Source: an uncultured Bacilli bacterium (GTDB taxonomy: Bacteria; Bacillota_I; Bacilli_A; RF39; UBA660). From it: 47,713 nucleotides of DNA. Below the pieces are notes generated by a model, which had not been told where the DNA came from, ran no database searches, and worked only from the letters and a program-made list of their open reading frames with translations. The stretch lies in contig CALVRS010000059.1 in the NCBI GenBank assembly GCA_944358725.1, positions 1-47,713 on the forward strand. Direction: 5' to 3'. Positions 26,619 through 34,820 of this stretch are shown here, piece by piece. The position numbers and the translations under genes were made by a program. How positions within the stretch are numbered: position 1 is the stretch's first letter; the number at the start of each line of letters is the position of its first letter.

Positions 26619-27117
26619 GATAAGAAATGAGGTAGAAAATGGTAGAATTGTAATAGAACCGTTTGATAGTAATATGCTGAATCCTAATAGTTATAATTAT
26701 GAACTGGGAGATTATTTAAAGGTATATGAAAGTGATATTCTTGATAGTAAGATTAAAAATAAAACGAGAATAATAAAAATACCGGATGAGGGTATTGTTT
26801 TAATGCCAAACAAATTATATTTGGGTTATACTAAAGAGGTAATTGGGAGTGATTATTTTGTACCTATTATAACTGGCCGAAGTTCTACAGGTCGTCTTGG
26901 GCTCTTTGTTCAAATTACTGCTGATTTGGTTGATATAGGATTTAAGGGAAATTTAACTATTCAATTTTGTGCGACTCAGCCAGTAAGGATATATAAGGGA
27001 ATGAAGATAGGACAGGTGTTTTTTCACAGAGTATATGGTGATGTTACTTTATATTCTGGTAAATATCAAAATTCTATTGGTCCAAGAGAATCGGAGAGTT
27101 GGAGAGATTTTTCATAA
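26599..27117 (+). CDS. dCTP deaminase/dUTPase-fold protein, paralogue 2 (catalytic Glu replaced by Gln)
   Basis: 'GRSSTGRLGLFVQITADLVDIGFKGNLTIQF'. The 'VDIGFKG' block is kept but position 122 is Q. The first 25 nt are identical to the start of paralogue 1. Confidence 0.8.
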   Translation: MILSGNKIRNEVENGRIVIEPFDSNMLNPNSYNYELGDYLKVYESDILDSKIKNKTRIIKIPDEGIVLMPNKLYLGYTKEVIGSDYFVPIITGRSSTGRLGLFVQITADLVDIGFKGNLTIQFCATQPVRIYKGMKIGQVFFHRVYGDVTLYSGKYQNSIGPRESESWRDFS

Positions 27118-27119
27118 TA

Positions 27120-27572
27120 TTATTTAAGGATAGTTTTATTTGATGTTTTACCAACAAAATAGTCAATTGAAACATTATAATATTTTGCTAGTAAGTAAAG
27201 CTTTGATATTGGGATTATTGAGTTTCCGCTCTCATAATTCCAATATGTTGATTGTTTGTCGCCGATGATGTTGGCGGCTTTTTCTTGAGATAATTTATTT
27301 TCTTTTCTAATTTGTTTAATTCTTTGTTTTAAAGTGTTTAAGTCAATATTTCCTGGATATGCTTTTTTTATATCTGAAAGTCCAGTAATATAGTCAAAAT
27401 TTACTTTAAAATAATTTGCTAGTAGATTTAATTTTTCTAAAGGGAAGTTACTTCTTCCATTGGCATAATCGAAATAATTATCAATGCTTATTTTTAATAT
27501 ATCAGCAATTTCTCTTATTTTTAAATCATTATCTGTTCTTAAGTCATCAATTCTTTTAAATTTTATTAACAT
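27120..27572 (-). CDS. XRE-family regulator with two tandem HTH domains
   Basis: Two HTH_3-like halves: 'LKIREIADILKIS...NGRSNFPLEKLNLLANYFKVNFDY' and 'LSQEKAANIIGDKQSTYWNYESGNSIIPISKLYLLAKYYNVSIDY'. Confidence 0.8.
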   Translation of the reverse strand: MLIKFKRIDDLRTDNDLKIREIADILKISIDNYFDYANGRSNFPLEKLNLLANYFKVNFDYITGLSDIKKAYPGNIDLNTLKQRIKQIRKENKLSQEKAANIIGDKQSTYWNYESGNSIIPISKLYLLAKYYNVSIDYFVGKTSNKTILK

Positions 27573-27679
27573 ATAAGCTCACCTAAAATAATTGTAAATT
27601 TAAATGAGCTTACTATTGACTTTTTCGGAGCTATTGGATAAAATAAAAATAGAAAATGTTAATATAGAGGATGATGGTA

Positions 27680-28240
27680 ATGAAAAAAATTATTAAAAGT
27701 AGAGTGTTTTGGTGTTTAATTACAGTTTTAGTTGTAGGAACTGTTAGTGTTGCAGCAGCGACATATTTTCCTTCTAATCAAGTAACTTATGATAATAGTA
27801 CAAGTGGACTTTCTTCAACTAATGTCCAAGGTGCGATAGATGAGCTATATGCGAAATGTGATGGCTCAATTGGTGGTGGAGATGTCGTATCAATTGCAAC
27901 TACGGATAGTATTCAGTTTGTTTTAACTAGTGATGGTACAGTATATTTTTGGAATAATAATTATCATGAATTTAGACAACTGGGTAATATAGGTGAACCA
28001 TGTGTATCAATAGCAGCTGCGGATACTTCGAATAGTTATTCGGTATATGTATTAAGTAGTGATGGTACGGTATATTTTTATAATTGGAATTATCATGAGT
28101 TTAGGCAACGAGGTAATTTAGGTGTACCTGCTGTATCAATAGCTGTTGTGAATGATACACCTTATTTAGTAACCAGTGATGGTACGGTATATTTTTGGAA
28201 TTGGAATTATAATCGTTTTTCGATAAGAGGCAAAATTTAG
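27680..28240 (+). CDS. membrane-anchored protein: conserved 'NVQGAIDELY' head plus three ~43-aa RCC1-like repeats
   Basis: TM anchor, then 'AATYFPSNQVTYDNSTSGLSSTNVQGAIDELY'. Three repeats of 'SDGTVYFWNxNYHEFRQxGNxG'. TTGACT-17-TAAAAT promoter at 27616-27644. Confidence 0.55.
   Translation: MKKIIKSRVFWCLITVLVVGTVSVAAATYFPSNQVTYDNSTSGLSSTNVQGAIDELYAKCDGSIGGGDVVSIATTDSIQFVLTSDGTVYFWNNNYHEFRQLGNIGEPCVSIAAADTSNSYSVYVLSSDGTVYFYNWNYHEFRQRGNLGVPAVSIAVVNDTPYLVTSDGTVYFWNWNYNRFSIRGKI
27755..27850 (+). repeat. 96-nt segment shared with 36170-36265 (about 90% identity)
   Basis: By hand alignment there are 10 mismatches in 96 nt. It encodes the conserved head of two otherwise unrelated proteins. Confidence 0.85.
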
Positions 28241-28270
28241 ATATAATGAAATACTAAAAATTCTAAGATT

Positions 28271-28909
28271 TTAAATCTTAGATTTTGTTATTATTTTTGA
28301 TAGTAATTCTTTAGTTTTTTTAGGGTTATTTTTATAATTATCTAAGAGATAATCACAGACTTTTGGATAATCCAGATAGTTATGAGCTAGATTTATGGCT
28401 GAATTTTTATCAATGGTTTTTTCTATGATATTTATAGCGAATACAATAAGATCTTCTATATGATGTGTTTTTAAAATGTTTTGTATTTTATTTGTTATAA
28501 GATTTGTTTGCCATTTTTCATTTATATTTTGATATAGAAAATTTAATATTTGTTTATTTTCTTCGATATATAAAGAGTTATCTTTTTCAAATACAGTTTG
28601 AATTAGATTTAAAAACCTTTTAAAGATATTTTTGTTTTTTAAATATGGTGCTATTTTATTTAAAATATTATTTAATAGAGTTTGTTTATCTTTGTCGGTT
28701 ATCCACAGTTTAAAATCATATATTTCAAAGATGATTAGTTCTAATAGCTGATAATTTTCTTCTTTAGTTTGATATTGATGTTTTGAAATAAAATTATTGA
28801 TAAAATTTTGATATTGCATTAGATTTTGTTTTTCTTTATTTTTAAAAGTATTTTGAAATTCATAATTATATAATATATCTAGTTTTTTTATATTCATTTT
28901 TTTCTCCAT
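28271..28909 (-). CDS. hypothetical protein (N/K/Q-rich, helical)
   Basis: 212-aa ORF with no motif recognised. A bidirectional hairpin tctaagat/atcttaga lies at its 3' end. Confidence 0.4.
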   Translation of the reverse strand: MEKKMNIKKLDILYNYEFQNTFKNKEKQNLMQYQNFINNFISKHQYQTKEENYQLLELIIFEIYDFKLWITDKDKQTLLNNILNKIAPYLKNKNIFKRFLNLIQTVFEKDNSLYIEENKQILNFLYQNINEKWQTNLITNKIQNILKTHHIEDLIVFAINIIEKTIDKNSAINLAHNYLDYPKVCDYLLDNYKNNPKKTKELLSKIITKSKI

Positions 28910-28936
28910 TATTTTGATTTAAAAAGAAAAGCAATG

Positions 28937-29560
28937 TTAGACATTGGCTTTTTTCTTTCTTCTTTTTGAATAGAATATTATGACAGCAATTATAAATAAT
29001 ATTGCAAGTGCAATAACAATTATATGAGAATATTTATCCATAATATCTAATATGTCTTCCCATTTATCGCCAACTATACTACCAGCAATAGTTAAAGCAG
29101 CATTCCATATAGCAGAACCGGCTACGGTATATATTAGAAATTTTTTCATTGGCATTTCACTCATACCGGCAGGAATAGAAATTAGACTTCTAATTAGTGG
29201 TATAAATCTACAAAAGAAGACTGTTTTATTTCCTTTGGTATCGAACCAATTATCGGCTTTATCGATGTCTTTTGGGGTTAATCTTAATAGTTTACCATAT
29301 TTACTTGTGATAATTTTTTTTAGTCTTTCTTTGTTTAATATTTTACCGATATAGTATAGGGCAATAGCGCCAACTAGTGAACCTAGGGTTGAAGCAATTA
29401 TTACTCCTATAATATTCATATCGGTAAATGTGGTCATAAAACCACCAAATAAAAGGATTACTTCTGATGGAATTGGTGGAAAAATATTTTCAATAGCTAT
29501 TAGGAGGAAAACACCAATATAGCCAAAATTATTCATAATTTCAATTACTAAGTCGTTCAT
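28937..29560 (-). CDS. DedA-family membrane protein
   Basis: 'IENIFPPIPSEVILLFGG' and 'FCRFIPLIRSLISIPAG' are typical DedA/SNARE-associated motifs. Confidence 0.85.
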   Translation of the reverse strand: MNDLVIEIMNNFGYIGVFLLIAIENIFPPIPSEVILLFGGFMTTFTDMNIIGVIIASTLGSLVGAIALYYIGKILNKERLKKIITSKYGKLLRLTPKDIDKADNWFDTKGNKTVFFCRFIPLIRSLISIPAGMSEMPMKKFLIYTVAGSAIWNAALTIAGSIVGDKWEDILDIMDKYSHIIVIALAILFIIAVIIFYSKRRKKKANV

Positions 29561-29695
29561 AACTACACCTCGCTTTTAAGTATATCATGAAATTTATTTA
29601 TCTTCAACATGTGACAAAAATGTAATGATTTGTTAGCATAAAAAATGGTATAATGATAGAGCTTAGAGTATAATGGGATTTAGAGGTGAATAGGT

Positions 29696-29782
29696 ATGTG
29701 GAAAGTTTTATTTGCATTTTTGTTTTTATTTTTATTTTTTTTAATTATTGCTATTATTAAATGGATTAGGGATAAAAAATGA
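29696..29782 (+). CDS. 28-aa hydrophobic micropeptide
   Basis: AGAGGTGA RBS then ATG. Product is MWKVLFAFLFLFLFFLIIAIIKWIRDKK. Its TGA overlaps the ATG of the VanZ-like gene (ATGA). Too short for the ORF track. Confidence 0.35.
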   Translation: MWKVLFAFLFLFLFFLIIAIIKWIRDKK

Positions 29783-30873
29783 GTTATTTAGAGGCTATAA
29801 AATTTGCATTTTTGTTTTTCCCTTTTTTATCTTTTCTATTTACTATTCCGTTTGTTTTAAAACAATATCACAAGTATGGCTCTATTAATAAACTTAGGGT
29901 TTTGATAGTGTATTCTTTTATTCTTTATATAATATGTGTATATTTTTTGGCTATTTTTCCACTTCCAGATAGAGATAGTATTGATATGAATAGTCCGGTT
30001 TGTCAGCTTATTCCTTTTACTTTTATTTTTGATATTATTTATAACTTAAATGAGGCGCATGATATTTGGCAAGTTTTAGCTAGTCCAAGTGTATATACGG
30101 TTTTATTTAATATTTTGATGTTTATACCTTTTGGTATGTATTTAAGATATTATTTTAAAAAGGATTTAAAGGATGTTATACTTTTGGGTTTTATGTTGAG
30201 TTTATTTTTAGAAGTGACACAGCTTACGGGTTTATATTTTATTTATCCTCATCCTTATAGGTTATTTGATGTGGACGATTTAATTATTAATACTTTAGGT
30301 ACTATATTTGGATATTTTATAATGGGTCTTTTTGTTAATGCTTTACCTTCAAGGGAAGAGATAGATATATCTAGCTTAGAAGAAGGAAAGCAAGTAAGTG
30401 GTTTTAGACGGTTTACAAGATTTTGTTTAGATGGTTTTTTATGGTTTATTTTTACTGGTATTTTATTTATTATATTTAGGGTTGATTATATTGTTATAAT
30501 TACGCTTTTGATTTATTATGTAATTATTCCATCTATTTTTAATGGACAGACTTTGGGAAGTAAGTATTTAAAAATGAGACTTGTTTTTCCAAATATGAAA
30601 TTTATTAGATTATTTTTTCGGTTAATTTTAGTTATTTTATATTATTTAGTTTTACCTTTTGGTTTTGGATATTTGATTATTCATGGCATTTTAAATGGTG
30701 AAATTTCAGATATTTTGGTGTTTGTAATTATTACAGTTTATGTTTTAGCTGTTGGAGTATTTTATTTGGCAAATATGGCTTTTATATTTAAAAAGAAAAG
30801 TCTTATTTATGATAGGTTTGTTAAGGGAGAATATATTAGTACAATTGGCGATATTTCAGAAGACGAAAATTAA
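29779..30873 (+). CDS. VanZ-family membrane protein with extra C-terminal TM (RDD-like) module
   Basis: 'FNILMFIPFGMYLRY' and 'FDVDDLIINTLGTIFGY' VanZ motifs, with additional TM helices after aa ~210. Confidence 0.7.
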   Translation: MSYLEAIKFAFLFFPFLSFLFTIPFVLKQYHKYGSINKLRVLIVYSFILYIICVYFLAIFPLPDRDSIDMNSPVCQLIPFTFIFDIIYNLNEAHDIWQVLASPSVYTVLFNILMFIPFGMYLRYYFKKDLKDVILLGFMLSLFLEVTQLTGLYFIYPHPYRLFDVDDLIINTLGTIFGYFIMGLFVNALPSREEIDISSLEEGKQVSGFRRFTRFCLDGFLWFIFTGILFIIFRVDYIVIITLLIYYVIIPSIFNGQTLGSKYLKMRLVFPNMKFIRLFFRLILVILYYLVLPFGFGYLIIHGILNGEISDILVFVIITVYVLAVGVFYLANMAFIFKKKSLIYDRFVKGEYISTIGDISEDEN

Positions 30874-30893
30874 AAACTACGTTTGGGTAGTTT

Positions 30894-32474
30894 TTAATTT
30901 GGAAAGAAGGTTTTAATTATTTGTTCAGCTACTTTGATACCATCAATAGCAGATGTCATGATTCCTCCGGCATATCCTGCTCCTTCGCCACATGGATATA
31001 TTCCTTTGATATTGGAAGTAAAGTTTTCATTTCTAATTATTTTTACTGGTGATGATGTTCTAGTTTCTGGAGCAGCTATGATGGCATCTTCTTTAGCAAA
31101 ACCTTTTATTTTTGTTTCAAAGTTTTGGATGCCTTCAATTAAGGCTTGGTTTATATATTCTGGAAAAATATCTCTTATGTTTGCGAATGTAAAATTTCCT
31201 TTAAATATTGGGCTTATTGTTTTAAAGTTTTCACTTTTTTGGTTTAAAGTGAAGTCTTTAAAAAGTTGAACAGGTATTTTTCCTTTGCCTATTTGATAGG
31301 CTTTAGTTTCTATTTCTTTTTGAAATTTTAGGCCATCTAGAGGATTTGGCCCAAAGTCATTTTGATTGATAGTAACTATGATGGCACTATTGGCATTTTT
31401 TGTATCTCTTTTATAATTACTCATTCCATTTATTGCGAGCATGTTTTGGTTAGAGGAGGCATTTACGACGAAGCCACCTGGACACATACAAAATGAGTAG
31501 ACTCCTCTTTTTTCTTTTGTTTGATAGGTTAGTTTATAGGCGGCGGGTGGTAAGTTTAGATTGGTGTTTCCATATTGGGTTTTATCAATCATTTTTTGGG
31601 TGTGCTGGATACGTATACCTATGGCGAAAGGTTTAGAGGTTATATTTAGCTTGTTTTTTAAAAGCATTTCGAATGTATCACGGCTACTATGGCCAATGGC
31701 TAGGATTAGGTTATTACAGTTTATGATTTTATTATGATTTATTTCGATGGAGATTAATTTATTATTTTCAATATTTACATTAGTAAGGCATGTTTGATAT
31801 TTTATTTGACCACCCATTTTGATGATTTCATTTATGAGATTTTGAATAACGTTTCTTAAAAGGTCAGTTCCAATATGTGGTTTATTTATATACATTATTT
31901 CTTTTGGTGCACCATTTTGAGTAAAAATTTTTAATACTTCTTTATTTCTATTCATTTTATCTTTAGCGGTGGTATTTAGTTTACCATCTGAAAATGTTCC
32001 GGCACCACCGGCGCCAAATTGAACGTTAGAGTTTGGATTTAAAATGCCAGTTTTCCAAAATTTTTCCACAGTTTTAATGCGGTTTTCAATATTTTCTCCT
32101 CTTTCGATGATTAGTGGTTTAAAGCCAGCTTTAGCTAGCATGTAAGCACTGAACAGTCCAGCCGGTCCAGCTCCGACAATAATGATTTGATTTTTTAGTT
32201 TTTCTTTTCCATGAGGTGGTAGTTGATAGTTTTCATTTGGCGTTTTTATGACGTTTTTAATTTTCTTTTGTAATATATGTTTTTCATTTTTGATGTTGGC
32301 ATCTATTTCAAAGACGTATGTGAGGTTTGTTTTGTCTCTAGCGTCTAGTGATAGTTTATTTATTTGAAAGTTTATTATTTCGTTTTCTTTTATTTTTAGT
32401 TTTTGGGCGATTTTTATTTTTAAGTCTTTTTGTGTGTAAGTGATTGGAAGTTTTATTTGTCTAATTCTAAGCAT
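30894..32474 (-). CDS. FAD-dependent dehydrogenase (COG2509-type)
   Basis: 'IIIVGAGPAGLFSAYMLAKAGFKPLIIERG' dinucleotide fold and 'CGEGAGYAGGI' near the C-terminus. Start set at ATG 32474, which shares one nt with the upstream stop (TAATG). Confidence 0.75.
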   Translation of the reverse strand: MLRIRQIKLPITYTQKDLKIKIAQKLKIKENEIINFQINKLSLDARDKTNLTYVFEIDANIKNEKHILQKKIKNVIKTPNENYQLPPHGKEKLKNQIIIVGAGPAGLFSAYMLAKAGFKPLIIERGENIENRIKTVEKFWKTGILNPNSNVQFGAGGAGTFSDGKLNTTAKDKMNRNKEVLKIFTQNGAPKEIMYINKPHIGTDLLRNVIQNLINEIIKMGGQIKYQTCLTNVNIENNKLISIEINHNKIINCNNLILAIGHSSRDTFEMLLKNKLNITSKPFAIGIRIQHTQKMIDKTQYGNTNLNLPPAAYKLTYQTKEKRGVYSFCMCPGGFVVNASSNQNMLAINGMSNYKRDTKNANSAIIVTINQNDFGPNPLDGLKFQKEIETKAYQIGKGKIPVQLFKDFTLNQKSENFKTISPIFKGNFTFANIRDIFPEYINQALIEGIQNFETKIKGFAKEDAIIAAPETRTSSPVKIIRNENFTSNIKGIYPCGEGAGYAGGIMTSAIDGIKVAEQIIKTFFPN

Positions 32475-33685
32475 TATTTCACACTCTTTCCAGCTATGAT
32501 ACCGCTTATCCAAGCCCAACTTAGGTTATAGCCTCCGCAGTCGCCATCGATATCAATTATTTCGCCTGTAAAATAGAGATTTTTGATTTTTAATGATTCT
32601 AGAGTTTCACTGTTTATTTCGGTTAATGGGATGCCTCCTGTACATACTTGGGCGTGATCCATATTATGGGTTTCAGTGATATTTAATTCAAAGTTTGTGA
32701 TGTTTTGAATTAATTTATTTATTTCATTTTCGGTTAAAGTGTTTAGAGGGATGTTTCTTTTTATTTTGGCTTTTTTTAATATGATGTCTATTAGTTTATA
32801 ATTTAAGAAGCCTTCTAATAATTCATTGGTGGTTTTTTTATAGGTATTTTTATTTAGGTTTTTGATAAATTCTTTTGGTTTTTCAGTAAATGGCATGAAA
32901 TTAATTGATATTTTTACTTTTTTATTTTTGTTTATAGCAATAGAGGCATATCTACTTAGGTTAAAGATACATATGCCGCTAACACCATAATCTGTGAGTT
33001 GAATTTCGCCAGTTTCTTTTTTTATAAATTTATTATCTATAAAGAGACTTACGGTGACTTCGCATCTTAGGCCACTCCAATTTTTGAAGTATGACTCTTT
33101 ACCTTTTAACTGAACTAATGATGGTAGTGGAGTGATGATGTTATGATTAAATTTTTTGGCAAGTTCATAGCCTTGTCCATCAGATCCAGTTTTTGGGGCG
33201 GCTTTAGAGCCGGTCGATATTATGATATTTTTAGTTTTTATATTTTCTTTGTTTGGGTTAATGATGAAGGTTTCTTTTTTTATTATATTTGTAACGTTTA
33301 AGTCTTTTATTATTTGAATATTTAATTTTTGACATTCTAAAAGTAAGGCATTATGCATAGATAGGGCTTGATTTGAAAATGGATAGTAATAGCCATTTTT
33401 TATTTTTGGCACGATGCCTAATGAATTTATGAATTTTAAGGCAAGGTTTTGCCTTTCTTTTGTTATGAATTTATTTAATAGTTCTTTGTTATTTGAGTGA
33501 TAGTGGATTAAGTTTTGGTCTTCGTTCCAAAAGTTACATTTGCCATTTCCGGTTATGAGTAATTTTTTAGCGCATTTGCTATTTTTTTCAATAATGGTTA
33601 CATTTTTACCATTTCTAGCAGCAGTTATGGCAGCTGTAAGTCCAGAGGCACCACCAATAATTACAAGGTCTTTCATTTGAATCAC
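32474..33685 (-). CDS. HI0933/BaiN-like NAD(FAD)-utilising flavoprotein
   Basis: 'VIIGGGASGLTAAI' and 'LLITGNGKCNFWN' match the GGGRCN-type motif. C-terminal 'DIDGDCGGYNLSWAW'. Confidence 0.8.
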   Translation of the reverse strand: MIQMKDLVIIGGASGLTAAITAARNGKNVTIIEKNSKCAKKLLITGNGKCNFWNEDQNLIHYHSNNKELLNKFITKERQNLALKFINSLGIVPKIKNGYYYPFSNQALSMHNALLLECQKLNIQIIKDLNVTNIIKKETFIINPNKENIKTKNIIISTGSKAAPKTGSDGQGYELAKKFNHNIITPLPSLVQLKGKESYFKNWSGLRCEVTVSLFIDNKFIKKETGEIQLTDYGVSGICIFNLSRYASIAINKNKKVKISINFMPFTEKPKEFIKNLNKNTYKKTTNELLEGFLNYKLIDIILKKAKIKRNIPLNTLTENEINKLIQNITNFELNITETHNMDHAQVCTGGIPLTEINSETLESLKIKNLYFTGEIIDIDGDCGGYNLSWAWISGIIAGKSVK

Positions 33686-33820
33686 CTTACATATTATATC
33701 ATTTTTATGTATATAAATGAAGGGTAACTGATTTTTGTTATTTTCATAATTTATAGTAAATGTGAATTTGATGTTGGGTATATCATGTGATATAATTTAG
33801 GAAAGCGAGGCGGTGATTTT

Positions 33821-34720
33821 ATGCGTTTTTTAAAAAGTTTTGGTGCGGGGTTATTTTCTTTTGTTTTTGGTGTTTTGGTTATATGTATGATTTTGGTTTT
33901 TAATGTTAGTGGGTTTGCGACTAAGGAAAATATAACTAAAAGTATGATTAATACGGATTTACTTACAAGCATTAAAAAAATTAGAAATAGTGGTAGTGGT
34001 GAAGGAAGCAATGGTGCTAGTCAAGTTATTGATGAGATGTATTCTTTGGCGGACCAGTTTTCGGTTTCTGAAGATGTTGTGGATAGTATTATTAATTCTA
34101 ATATTACTAAACAAATAATTGGCGATGCGATTGGTAATTTAACTGATTATGTAATAAATGGTAAAGAGACAAGGGTGTTTTCTGAAGATGATATTTATGA
34201 GCTTATTACGGATAATTTAGATGATATATTAAAAGCAGCAAATGTTTCATTGGATGATGGTCAGAAAGAAAAATTTTTAAGGGAGATAAAAAAGCAACTA
34301 CCGGATATTGTAGAGGTGGTACCAACTTCTGAGAGTTTAGTAAACAGTGAACATAATTTTGAAATTAATTTAATTCAGGAGCTTTTTAGTACAAAGGTAA
34401 AAGTTATTTTATGTGTTTTAGCGATAATTAGTGCTTTAGCTGTAATTATTTTGAAAAAAGAAGATTTTGAGTGGTGTGCGAATTTAGGAGTATCGCTTCT
34501 TATATCTGGTTTAGTTACGATGGGTATTTCTTTATTAATTCCTGGGCTTGTTATTGATATGATGGGTTCAGCAGATTTGTCATTATTTTCATCTTCAATT
34601 ACAGAAGTTTTATCTAAACCAATTTTATATAGTGGAGCGGGCATACTTGTTTTAGCTATTTTGTTATTTATATTTTATAAGGTTATGGAAAATAGGAATT
34701 ATAAAAAAAGTAAAAGTTAG
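33821..34720 (+). CDS. hypothetical membrane protein
   Basis: N-terminal TM, soluble middle and three C-terminal TM segments. No family recognised. Confidence 0.45.
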   Translation: MRFLKSFGAGLFSFVFGVLVICMILVFNVSGFATKENITKSMINTDLLTSIKKIRNSGSGEGSNGASQVIDEMYSLADQFSVSEDVVDSIINSNITKQIIGDAIGNLTDYVINGKETRVFSEDDIYELITDNLDDILKAANVSLDDGQKEKFLREIKKQLPDIVEVVPTSESLVNSEHNFEINLIQELFSTKVKVILCVLAIISALAVIILKKEDFEWCANLGVSLLISGLVTMGISLLIPGLVIDMMGSADLSLFSSSITEVLSKPILYSGAGILVLAILLFIFYKVMENRNYKKSKS

Positions 34721-34739
34721 ACATTTATTTGTTTAACTT

Positions 34740-34796
34740 TTTTTTGTTTAAAAAAGGAAATCCTTTATTTTTGTCGTATGTTTATATATAGAGGGT
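34740..34796 (+). repeat. ~55-bp intergenic element, copy 2
   Basis: See 13140-13196. Confidence 0.8.
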
Positions 34797-34820
34797 AACC
34801 TTTTAGAAAGGAGTGCGGCA

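Noticed and set aside
19824-28290. Similar hairpins 'aaagattttaaatcttt' (19824-19840) and 'taagattttaaatctta' (28264-28280) as a possible dispersed repeat
   Set aside because: Only ~13 nt are shared, and both are adequately explained as AT-rich intrinsic terminators.
28271-33685. Impression that the minus-strand block (hypothetical, DedA, two flavoproteins) is even more AT-rich and N/K/I-rich than its surroundings, suggesting horizontal acquisition
   Set aside because: I cannot compute GC content or codon usage here. The impression could reflect protein families or strand effects. It would need a sliding-window GC and codon-adaptation calculation.
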